Below the pieces are notes generated by a model. That model ran no database searches and was not told the DNA's origin. It saw only the letters and a program-made list of their open reading frames with translations. Shown here one piece after another: positions 35,922 to 47,052 of a stretch of DNA of 64,000 nucleotides. Position numbers and translations under genes: made by a program. Location of the stretch: assembly GCF_963921235.1 (NCBI RefSeq), contig NC_086107.1:108502001-108566000 (forward strand), given 5' to 3'. This DNA comes from Mobula hypostoma (lineage: Eukaryota). The first letter of the stretch is position 1. Every line of letters starts with the position of its first letter.

Positions 35922-36215
35922 GGGGGGGGGGCACGATAGCATAGAGGTTAGCGCAATGCCTTACAGTACCGGCAATCCCGGTTCAATTCCCACCACTGAC
36001 AGTGAGGAGTTTGTATGTTCTCCCCGTGACCGCGTGGGTTTCCTCCGGGTGCTCTGGTTTCCTCCCACAGTCCAAACACATACCGATCGGTAGGTTGATT
36101 GGTTATTGTAAATTTCCCTGTGATTAGGCAAGGGTTAAATCGGGGGTTGGTGGTCGGCATGGCTCAAAGGGCCGGAAGGGCCTATTCCGTCTCAATAACT
36201 AAGTAAATAAACAAA
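35922..36215 (+). mobile_element. Full-length V-SINE (HE1-like)
   Basis: B-box GGTTCAATTCC (35980-35990); V-core CCCCGTGACCGCGTGGGTTTCCTCCGGGTGCTCTGGTTTCCTCCCACAGTCCAAA; CR1-like tail AAGGGCCGGAAGGGCCT + A-rich end. Confidence 0.88.
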
Positions 36216-39200
36216 CATAAACATAATTGGATAATAAATTTACTTTGACTTTGACACTGCTCCTTTCAGAAGGCAGGTGGCTCTGTGCCTTTCCGGTGGG
36301 ATGTTGACATTGTCTCTCTAAGGCAGGGGTTCCCAACCTGGGGCCCATGCAGTCCTTGCTCAATGGTAGGGGTCCATGGCATAAAAAAGGTTGGGAACTC
36401 CTGCTGTAAGGTAAGCCAGTGCCAATGCTCCTTTAAGCAGAAGGAGCAATTACTTCAAAAAAATAATCGGAAAAAAATGTCCAGCACAGAAGCTAAGTTA
36501 AATTGAATAAAACACCAACAAAAGGACGAAGCTGCATCATATTTTGAAAGGAAGCAAATTAACTAATGAATCACGTTTTTGTGCATGCCAAGAATGTTAA
36601 GCCTTTGGAGTCAGAATTAGATCATGAGCGGTGATTGATTCCAGCTGGGAGAAAAACCATTGGGATATAGGTTCATAACTTGTCTGCAAACTGCGCGTGC
36701 CTGCCACTGCTCCCTCAGCTCAAGTCCAGGTAGAGTGCATTTTAATGAGGAATGTGTTAAACCATTTCGATAATGCAGAAACAGCTGGGGCAAAATAATC
36801 CCTTTTGGGTTGTAAGGGACCCAATCACCCAGTTATCCCAAAGCAAAACCCTGCAGCTGCTGCAAACCTGAAATAAAAGCAGAGAACATCAAGATACTCC
36901 GATGAGGAGCAGGAGGGGGAAGCAGAGGTCAACCTGAGATGTTAACTCAACATCTCTCTCTCCCTCCTTAGTTGTGGCCTGAATATCTCCAGCATTTTCT
37001 AATTTATCTTGAGACCCGAGTCCTTAGATTCAAGATTCAAGATGGTCATTCTTTGGTAGAGCCAACCGGTGGTGTAGTGGCATCTGCACCAGACTTTGTG
37101 GCAAATGGTTCCGTGTTCAAATTCAGCTGGTTCCTTGCACGCTTTCCATCCGTGCTGGGTTGGGCGCCGAGCTAGCAACTCGGCCTCATAAAAAACAGAC
37201 AAAAATGCTAAATAAATGGCAAAGTTGCTGTACAAAGCATGGAAAGGAACTATAGTTCTTCAGTATATGAGTGTAACGGAGAACAAAATGACTGTTACTC
37301 CAGTTCCAATGCAGCATTAAAAAAATACAGGCAGCATAAAGAACACAATAAAAATATTTAAAAAAACACACTAAATTTAATAGAAAAGCAGTCCTATAGA
37401 GCACAATGTACAAGTAACTGATGTGGTCATATATATATATATATCCCGCCGCAGCCTGTAAGGACTCTGTGCGTTCTCCCCGTGACCGCATGGGTTTCCT
37501 CCCACAGTCCGAAAACATAGTGATTGATAGGTTAATTGGGCTTTGTAAACTGTCCTGTGATAAGGCTAGGATTAAATTGGAGGATTGCCTATTCCACGCT
37601 ATATCTCAATAAATAAATAAGATTAATTTATATACAGTACAGTATATCACTGACTGTATGTGCATAAAGTGACACTAGGCACAGGTGACTGACGGAAAAT
37701 GATAAAGTGACAAAGTGTCGCCTGGCAAAAGGAACATCGAAACAGTAAGCTGTTTGTTGGTCTCCCCTCTTGCTGGGGGAGGACACCTCTCTGCCCTTTG
37801 TTAGTGAGAGAGAAAGAAAGCCTGTGGTATGTCGAATTGTCTGGTGAACAATGGCTTTTGTTGGACTGCAGATCATGGGGGCTTTGCTTTGTGGGTGGTG
37901 GGCACTGATGCTTCCTGCTGGAACAAGGGGGGGAGGGTTGATGCTTTGTTGGTGCTTGTGCGTTGGGGGGGTGGACTTTGCCGTTCCAACATTTTTTCCC
38001 TGTCATTCATTCTTTGGGGTTTTCCTTCTGTTTTGTGGATGTCTGCAGAGAGTAGGAATTTCAGGTTGCATACTGTATACATTCTCTGATATTATATGGA
38101 ACAAGTAAACCCTTCTATGAAGCAACAGGTCATATGAAAACACACTAGAACAGTGACTGTGTCAGTGCATGAGGTGTGGGGTGTAAGCGTAAAGTGGCAG
38201 TGCCTGCAGGATGGAGGGTGCTCAGGGGTGGTGGAGAGAAGCGGCTGATGTGGATGTAGTGGTGGTGATGGGGTGGTTAATGGGTGGAGGTGTTGATCAG
38301 CCTGACGGCTTGTGGGAAGTAACCGTTTTTGAGTCTGACGATCCTGGTTTTGGGTGGCAGGGTGGAGATATGTCTCTACCAAAGGAGATGTATAATGCTC
38401 CTCTCCTCTGCTAGCCTGCAGGTCACCCCTGGGCAAGGTGCTGCACCTGTTTAGCCCCCCCTCCCACCCAAAATTAGGGTCATGTGAAGCCATGGGACAG
38501 GTGTATGGTCGAATGTGCAGATGGTGTATATCACAACTCCTAGTGATGCGACCACTGATGCCAGGCAGACAATCTCTGAAGAACATTGATAGTGGCTGGG
38601 ATCACCAATCTTGTAAAGACACTGCACAGAAGAAGGCAATGGCAAACCACTTCTGAGGAAAAAATTTGCCAAGACCAATCATGGTCATAAGACAGTGATC
38701 ACCTACGTCATATGACACGGCACAAGATCATGATGGTGGTCCTGGCATGGATGCTGCATAGACCCTTGCCTGAGGGGAGTGTGACAGTCATAAGTCGGCT
38801 AAGTAATCTATAGTTCCCTGAAATTGGTCCCACAAGTTGATAGGATGGTAACGAAGGTATGTGGCATAGAGTCATAGATCAATACATCCCTTTAGCCCAA
38901 CAAGTCCTTGCCAACTTTGGTGGATACCCAGCTAGTCCTAATTTCATACACTTGGCCCATGTCTCTTTAAGACCTTCCCCTCCATGTACCTATCCAAGTG
39001 CTAGAAGATCCATTATCAACCTATGCCTCCTGCATAACTTACACCCCACTTTCCCCCTCTGAAAGGAAAGATCCCTGATAAGGCTCTGAAATTACAGACC
39101 GTGCTCTCTATTCTGGGAGTCACCTTCCAGCCAAAAAACATCGGCAGTGAAATTCACCACCGCCTCCAGTGTCAGTCCAGCTGATGGCTGTCCGAGGAAG

Positions 39201-39961
39201 AGTCCTTCGAAGATCAAGACCTCAAACCCTGCACAAAGTTACTTTTGTAGCCAGTGGCAGTGACTTCCTGCCCTCCTTCACATTTTAGGGGTTTGAGCAT
39301 GTACTGCAGAAACCTCAAAGCACCGTGCAATATCACTACAGCGAGATCTTCCAAATCTGCGGTTAGGGTAAGCAAGCTAATATCAGTGTCATCCAACAAT
39401 TCTACTGAAATAACATTCCCAGCATCAAAGCACCATTCATACTGACTCAGGCAGTGATGCATAGATCAAATCATTCTACTTAACAGCCGATTCCTAAGAC
39501 ATTTACTCTGCTCTGAACTCCTGTCATGCCAAAGAAAACATTTCAAAGTTCAAAGTACATTTATTATCGAAGTACATATATGTCACCATATACTACCCTG
39601 AGATTCATTGTCTTGCATAAGTACACTTCAATCACTCAATTGTTTGCATGAGGTTTTTTTTCTTTCTCTTGCACATCAAGTGTTGATCTTTTATTTTTAT
39701 TCTTTTTTTATTTAATTGGGTTCTTTCATGTTTCTTGCTTTGTGAGCAAGTAAATGTCAAGGTTGTATGATACATGTACTCGAATCTTGAATCACAGTAA
39801 ATCCAAGAAACACAATTGAATCAAAGAAAGACTGTTACCAATAGGACGGGCAATCAGTGTGCAAAAGACAATAAACTAAAAGAAATAAGAGAAACAATAA
39901 TGGAGCATCCTTGAAAATGAGTCCATTGGTTGTGGGACAGTTCGGTGACGGGATGAGCAAA

Positions 39962-40376
39962 GTTAATGATCAGAGATTAAGGGAGCTAGGGCTTTACTCT
40001 TTGGAGAGAAGGAGGATGAGAGGAGACATGATAGAGGTGTACAAGATAATAAGAGGAATAGATAGAGTGGATAGCCAGTGCCTCTGCCCCAGGGCATCAC
40101 TGCTCAATACAAGAGGACATGGCTTTAAGGTAAGGGGTGGGAAGTTCAAGGGGGATATTAGAGGAAGGTTTTTTTACTCAGAGAGTGCTTTGTGCGTGGA
40201 ATGCACTGCCTGACTCAGCGGTGGAGGCAGATACACTAGTGAAGTTTAAGAGACTGCTAGACAGGTATATGGAGGAATTTAAGGTGGGGGCTTATATGGG
40301 AGGCAGGGTTTGAGGGTCAGCACAACATTGTGGGCCGAAGGGCCTATACTGTGCTGTACTATTCTATGTTCTATGT
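39962..40376 (+). mobile_element. Young CR1 LINE 3' end
   Basis: DQRLRELGLYSLERRRMRGDMIEVYKIIRGIDRVD...TRGHGFKV; TTCTATGTTCTATGT tail; near-identical to 53898-54368. Confidence 0.93.
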
Positions 40377-40659
40377 TAATCTCTTTGGTTCAAGAGCCTG
40401 ATGGTTGAGAGATAATAATGGTTCCTGAACCTGGTGATATGGGACCGGAGGCTCCTGTACCTTCTTCCTGGTGGCAGCAGCGAGAAGAGAGCATGGCCAG
40501 GATCATGGGGGTCCTTGACGATGGATGTTGCTCTCCTGCAACAGCGCTCCGTGAAAATGTGCTCAATGGTGGGGAGCGCTTTACGCGTGACGGGCTGGGC
40601 CGTATCCACTACTTTTTGGTTCTTCCATTCAAGGACATTGGTGCTTCCACATTTGGAAG

Positions 40660-41530
40660 GTTCAAAGTACTTTTACTATCAAAGAACATACAAATGATAC
40701 AAACGTGAGATTTGTTTGCTTACAGGCAGTAGCAGAGCAAGGAATCCGAAAGAACCCAACTGAAAAAAAATAATAAGACCAACCCCAGTGCCCACAGAAA
40801 AAGAGAAAAAAAAACAACAAAACAAATCATACGAACAATAGAAGCAAGCAACAACAGTATTCTGAACCAAATTGAGTTCTTAGATGCAAATCTCTGGAGC
40901 AGGCTGGAGTAGGCTCAAAGCCTCAGTATTCATATTAGTGGGCAAATCACTGCAAAGTTTGCAGAGACAAAGCACAGCAGCTGGGGGGGCAGTCTCCTAT
41001 CCTTAGTGTCATGGAGAGAGGAGACCCCAGACTACCTGGGCAGCCAGTTAACCTGTCTGAACCTTGCATTAGGACCTGGGTGCCACCGTAGCAAATCGCT
41101 CCGGGTCTAGATTTCACTGCTGGAGAAGCCATTCTCGACTTCTCCAAATCAGCTCAGTGCCCAGAATAATCCACCCTTGCGCAACACCCGCCCAACCCAA
41201 GTCCTCCAGTCTATCTGGGCTGATATTTAGATTGTCCAGACTTCGCATTAGGACCGGGCCTCATCGTGGCAAATCGCCTTGGACGTAGATTTCGCTGCTG
41301 AAGAATCCATTCACGGCCTCTCCAAATTAGCTCAATGCTTAGAGCTATCCGACCTTTGCACCCAGGTGAGTTGGATGGGCATCGGAATTCCTCTGTCCCA
41401 TCTTCTCCCCTCCAAATTATCCACTCCAACCAGCACAGCTCCAACTCTAAGTGCATCAACTTTGCAGCGCAGCAGCAGGGCACGTCTCTCGCGTTTGGTT
41501 TGCCCTCAATCGCCTCTTCATCGTTTGCCA
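40660..41530 (-). mobile_element. Non-autonomous retroelement with Rex1-like tail (related pieces 22760-23137, 48280-48680)
   Basis: Reverse-strand ...TTTGATAGTAAAAGTACTTTGAACC tail and non-coding GC-rich body. Confidence 0.45.
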
Positions 41531-41831
41531 CAATTTACTTCAAAAAAAAGTGTTATTAATAACGTTTTTAATCGAATTCCTTTGCTTTTGAACCACCAAT
41601 GATCTGTTGCACGTCTTTAATAGTTTTATCTCAGACGAGAAACTTGAGGGATATTCCATCTGAATTATTGATGGTCTGTGAGTAATGCAGTCGGTATTGT
41701 TTCTGCCTTTCTGTTTCAGCCAACAGAGTTCACTCCTTACTTCTGGAACTGAGTAGAGTTTGCACATTCTTCCCAGGTTCTCCAGCTTTCTCCTTCATCC
41801 GAAATATGTGAGGATTGCGAAGATAATTAAT

Positions 41832-42483
41832 GGAGGTGGGAGGGGAAGATGGCAGCGCGACGCAGCACGCGTAGCCTCTCCGGTGAAATGATATCGTATT
41901 TGTAAGTAGGATGCCGTGCACAATTCTGATTTGATGGAGACAGACGTGAGAAGGCACAGAGAAACACCTGGAGAAATTTCTGAAATGCCCGGTTCGCTGC
42001 CACTGCTACTGTGCGATTGAGAATCTCCGGAGGGAAGGCCCCAAAATCCCCGGCTTTGTCTGCTGCTGGCGACCAAGGCTGGGGTCGAAGCATTCGGCAG
42101 AGATGGTGCTTGGTACTCGGTGTCGGAGGGCTGATCAGAGCTCGACGTTTTCGGATGACTCAGAGTCGGACTGTGGTCGGGCATGGCAGGGAGAGTTTTC
42201 TTCCTTCTCCCGTCTGCGTGAGATGTGGGACTTTCGAGAGACTTTGAAATTTTTGCTGTGCCCATGGCCTGTTCTTCATCAAGTTATGGTATTGTTGCAC
42301 TGTTGTAACTATAGGTTACAATTATGTGGTTTTTGTTAGTTTTTCAGTCTTGGTCTGTCCTGTGTTTCTGTGATATCACATCGGAGGAAATATTGTATCA
42401 TTTCTTAATGCATGCATTGCTAAATGACAATAAAAGAGGACTGCGTGTCCTCATAATCTAATCTAATCTAATCCAATCTAATT
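41832..42483 (+). mobile_element. Full-length ~650 bp non-autonomous retroelement (YY1-like head, 3' stem-loop, (TAATC)n tail)
   Basis: GGAGGGGAAGATGGCAGCG head; AATAAA 42429-42434; GAGGAC-TGCGT-GTCCTC hairpin 42436-42452; TAATC repeats; three copies in window. Confidence 0.82.
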
Positions 42484-43107
42484 AGCCACCGTAAATTGTC
42501 CTTACTGTGCACACTCATGGAAGAATCTAGGGGAATGTTGATGGGAAGGTGGCAAGAGTTCAGGGGAATAGTAGTGAGGAAATGCTGGACAAACTCAGCA
42601 GGTCAGGAAGCATCCATGGAAAGGACGAAACAATCAACGTTTCAGGCTGAGACCTCTTCATTAGGACTCAGTTCCACCAATATTTTGTGTGCGTTGCTCT
42701 GGATTTCCAGCATCTACTGAATCTCTTGAGTTAGTGAGGGAATTACTCTGTATATTGGCGAAGACTCAATGGGCTGAAATAGCCACTGTGTTCCAGGGAT
42801 ACAGGAAAAACAGCTATTCACACAATCAAAGTAAGCTGCAGAGAGTTATAAAATTAGCCAGCACCATCGTAGGCACTAGCCTCCATAATATCCAGGACAT
42901 TTTCAAGGAGCAATCCCTCACAAAGTCATCATTAAGGACCCCCATCACCCAAGTCATGCCCTTTTCTCATTGCTACCATCAGGAAGGAGGTAAAGAAGCC
43001 TGGAGACACACACTCAACAATTCAAGAAAAGCTTCTTCCCCTCTATCATCTGATTTCTGAATGAACATTGAACCTATGAACACTACCTCTCTACTTTCTC
43101 ATTACCT

Positions 43108-43396
43108 GCAACACACATCAAAGTTGCTGGTGAACGCAGCAGGCCAGGCAGCATCTCTAGGAAGAGGTACAGTCGACGTTTCGGGCCGAGACCCTTTGTC
43201 AGGAATAACTGAAAGAAGAGATAGTACTTTCAAATCTCTTACTATCTCTTTTTTCAGTTAGTCCTGACGAAGGGTCTCGGCCTGAAACGTCGACTGTACC
43301 TCTTCCTAGAGATGCTGCCTGGCCTGCTGCGTTCACCAGCAACTTTGATGTGTGTTGCTTGAAATTCCAACATCTGCAGATTTCCTCATGTTTGCG
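43108..43396. mobile_element. Miniature Penelope hairpin insertion with 13 bp TSD
   Basis: Inverted arms of ~115 bp; TTTCTCATTACCT at 43095-43107 and 43397-43409. Confidence 0.88.
43259..43296 (+). ncRNA. Minimal type I hammerhead ribozyme motif
   Basis: TAGTC-CTGACGA-AGGGTCTCGGCCT-GAAAC-GTC-GACTG; predicted cleavage after GTC (43291). Confidence 0.78.
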
Positions 43397-44251
43397 TTTC
43401 TCATTACCTATCTTTTTGGTACTATTATTTAACTAGTGTGTGTGTGTGTATTTAAATATATATGTGTGTGTATATATATATATACATACACACACTTACT
43501 GTAATTCAGTTTTTTTCTCTCTGTTATTATGTACTGTGTTGTACTGCTGCTGCAAAGTTAACAAATTTCACAATGTATGCTGATGATATTAAACCTGATT
43601 CTGAATCTGATGAGCAAAAGATATTATATCTCCATGACTCACGCGAATGCAGAGCCCTTGACTATTTAAAATGGAGGAGATGGTGGCAATAATTGGCAGG
43701 AGTATGTTGAAGGAATACACCGCCTCTCATACTATCTGTTTGACCCGTGGCAAGAAATTACATAATAGCTTCAACTGTCTCGAAACCAGCAAACATACGT
43801 GGAAACAAATGGCTCCTAAGGTCTCCTCAAGAACAAGTACCAGTTAACAAAACGGAATGTATACTTTGAACTTGAAAGAAAGCCACTGTGATTATGTTTA
43901 CTATCATTAGTATTAACTAATATGACTAATATCATTTGTAGTGGCCACCTTATTAAGTACACCTGTACAGCTGCTCGTTAATGCAAATATCTAATCAGCC
44001 AATCACCTGGTAGCAACTCACTGCATAAAAGCATGCAGACGTGGTCAAAAGGTTCAGTTATTGTTCAGACTAAACATAAGTATTGACCGTGGAATGATTG
44101 TTGGTTTGAGTATCTCCTGGGATTTTCACACACAACAGTGTCGAGAGTTTACAGAGAATGGTGTGAAAAGAAAAACAAAAAGTCCAGTGAACAGCAGTCT
44201 GTGAGCAAAAAGAACTGAGAAAGGTCAGAGGAGAACAGGCTGATTGGTTCA

Positions 44252-45442
44252 TCGACTATAGCTCAGCATGTAATACTATCATTCCCACAATCCTGATTAA
44301 GAAGTTGCAGAACCTGGGCCTCTGTACCTCCCTCTGTAATTGGATCCGCGACTTCCTAACCGGAAGACCACAATCTGTGCGGATTGGTGATAACATATCT
44401 TCCTCGCTGATGATCAACACTGGCGCATCTCAGGGGTGTGTGCTTAGCCCACTGCTCTACTCTCTATACACACATAACTGTGTGGCTAGGCTTATCTCAA
44501 ATACCATCTACAAATTTACTGACGATACAACCATTGTTGGTAGAATCTCAGGTGGTGATGAGAGGGCGTACAGGAGTGAGATATGCCAACTAGTGGAGTG
44601 GTGTCACAGCAACAACCTGGCACTCAACATCAGTAAGACAAAAGAGCTGATTGTGGACTTCAGGAAGGGTAAGACGAAGGAACACATACCAATCCTCATA
44701 GAGGGATCAGAAGCGGAGAGAGTGAGCAGCTTTAAGTTCCTGGGTGTCAAGATCTCTCAGGATTAACCTGGTCCCAACATATTGATGTAGTCATAAAGAA
44801 GGCAAGACAGCAGCTATACTTTATTAGGAACTTGAAGAGATTTGGCATGTCAACATACACCCAAAACTTCTATAGTTGTACCATGGAGAGCATTCTGACA
44901 GGCTGCATCACTGTCTGGTATGGGGGGGGAGGGGCTACTGTACAGGACCGAGAGAAGCTGCAGAAGGTTGTAAATCTAATCAGCTCCATCTTGGGTACTA
45001 GCCTACAAAATACCCAGGACATCTTTAGGAAGCGGTGTCTCAGAAAGGCAGCGTCCATTATTAAGGACCTCCAGCACCCAGGGCATGCCCTTTTCTCACT
45101 GTTACCATCAGGTAGGAGGTACAGAAGCCCGAAGGCACACACTCAGCGATTCAGGAACAGCTTCTTCCCCTCTGCCATTCGATTCCTAAATGGACATTGA
45201 AGCTTTGGACACTACCTCACTTTTTAATATACAGTATTTCTGTTTTTGCACATTTTTAAATATCTATTCAATATACGTAATTGATTTACTTGTTTATTTA
45301 TTATGTTTTATTTTATGTATTATTATTATTTTTTTCTCCTTCTGCTAGATTATGTATTGCATTGAACTGCTGCTGCTAAGTTAACAAATTTCACGTCACA
45401 TGCCAGTGATAATAAACCTGATTCAGATTCAGATTCTGATTC
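44252..45442 (+). mobile_element. Rex1/Babar LINE, 5'-truncated, RT C-half retained; inserted in a Tc1 derivative
   Basis: [16 protein letters not shown]...[18 protein letters not shown]...[11 protein letters not shown]...FKFLGVKIS; tail AATAAACCTGATTCAGATTCAGATTC. Confidence 0.93.
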
Positions 45443-45586
45443 ATGTTGACAGAAACGCGACAGTAACTCGAATAACCACATATTACAACAGTGGTGAGCA
45501 GAAGACCATCTCTGAATGCAAAACACGTTGAACCTTGAAGTGGATGGACTATAGCAGCCGAAGACCACAGACATGCTCTCGGTAGC

Positions 45587-45790
45587 TGTCGTGTTTTGTA
45601 ACTTCACAACATTAAACTAATTCAAAGGAAGACACAGCAGTCTGAACTGTGAGTCTAACTTTGTGCTTACCTTAAGCGAGGTGCGCACGTGTCACGTGGT
45701 AGCGTGATGATGTGTGCAATTCGCGTATTTAGGCATACAACCCATAATAAATTATTGAAATAAACAAGAATGCTTAATTAAACTAAGACA
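45587..45790 (-). repeat. Probable short Gypsy-type solo LTR
   Basis: TGTC...GACA termini, ~204 bp; no matching TSD seen. Confidence 0.45.
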
Positions 45791-46709
45791 TATAGTTCAG
45801 GAATAGTTGTTACCGTTTAACCATCAGGCTCCTGAACCAAAGGGGATAACTTCATTCAACTTCACTTGCCCCATCACTGAAATGTTCCCACAACCTATGT
45901 ACTCACTTTCAAGGACACTTCACCTCATGTTCCTGATATTTATTGCTTATTTATTTATTATTATTATTCCTTCCTTTTTGTATCTGCAAGTTTGTTGTCT
46001 TCTGCACTCTGGTTGAGCAGTCTTTCATTAATTCTGTTATGGTTGTTATTCTACAGATCTATTGAGTATGCACACAGGAAAATAAATCTCAGGGTTGTCT
46101 ATGATGACGTATGCAGTATATACTTTGATAATAAATGTACTCAAACTATTCACTTTGAACACTGAACTTTGATGGTTTTAACACTGACATTACTGGATCT
46201 TTGTTGAGCTATGATTTGAAAAGATGTGGATTTGACTCAGGTAAATAAATTTAAGATAGATCACTCAGGCTAAAACCAAAAGGTAGAACAGGCTTGAGGA
46301 GATTTGTTCCATTGGCCTATGAGATAGGAGCAAGAGCTTGCCTCTTGGACCCTCAAACCCATTCCTCCAGTTTTAGATTAGATTAGATTGGAGGGTGTTG
46401 GCGCGTGGCCAAATGGTTAAGGCATCGGTCTAGTGATCTGAAGGTCGCTAGTTTGAGCCTCAGCTGAGGCAGCGTGTTGTGTCCTTGAGCAAGGCACTTA
46501 ACCACACATTGCTTTGCGACGACACCGGTGCCAAGGTGTATCGACTCTAGTGCCCTTCCCTTGGACAACATCAGTGGCATGGAGAGGGGAGACGCAGCAT
46601 GGGCAACTGCCAGTCTTCCATATAACCCTTGCCCAGGCCTGCACCCTGGAAACCTTCCAAGGCGCAAATCTATGGTCTCATGAGACTAACGGATGCCTGT
46701 ATATATAAA

Positions 46710-47052
46710 GATTGGAGGCTACCCAGACAGAATATAAGGTGTTGCTCCTCCACCCTGAGGGTGGCCTCTTCTTGGCACAAGAGGAGGCCATGGACCAACA
46801 CGTTGGAACAGGAATTGGATGTACAATTAAAGTGTTTGGCCACTGGGAAGCCCCGCTTGTGTTGGGTGGGGCAGAGGTGCTCAGCGAAGCGTTCCTCCAA
46901 CTTACAGCAGGTCTCACTAACGTAGAGGAGGCCGCATCTGGAGCACCAGACACAATAGATGACCCCAGCCGATTCGCAGGGGCGAAGTGTTGCCTCACTT
47001 GGAAGGACTGTTTGGGGCCCTGAATGGAGCTAATGGAGGTGAGGGAGGAGTG
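46710..47052 (-). mobile_element. Older Penelope GIY-YIG fragment
   Basis: SIQGPKQSFQVRQHF...RFAEHL...PVAKHFN...EEQHLIFCLGSLQ. Confidence 0.85.

Noticed and set aside
38350..38460. HDV-like ribozyme at the 5' end of the RTE-derived element (GGGTGGC/GTCACCC pairing)
   Set aside because: A P1-like helix is present, but no convincing P3/L3, P1.1 or J4/2.
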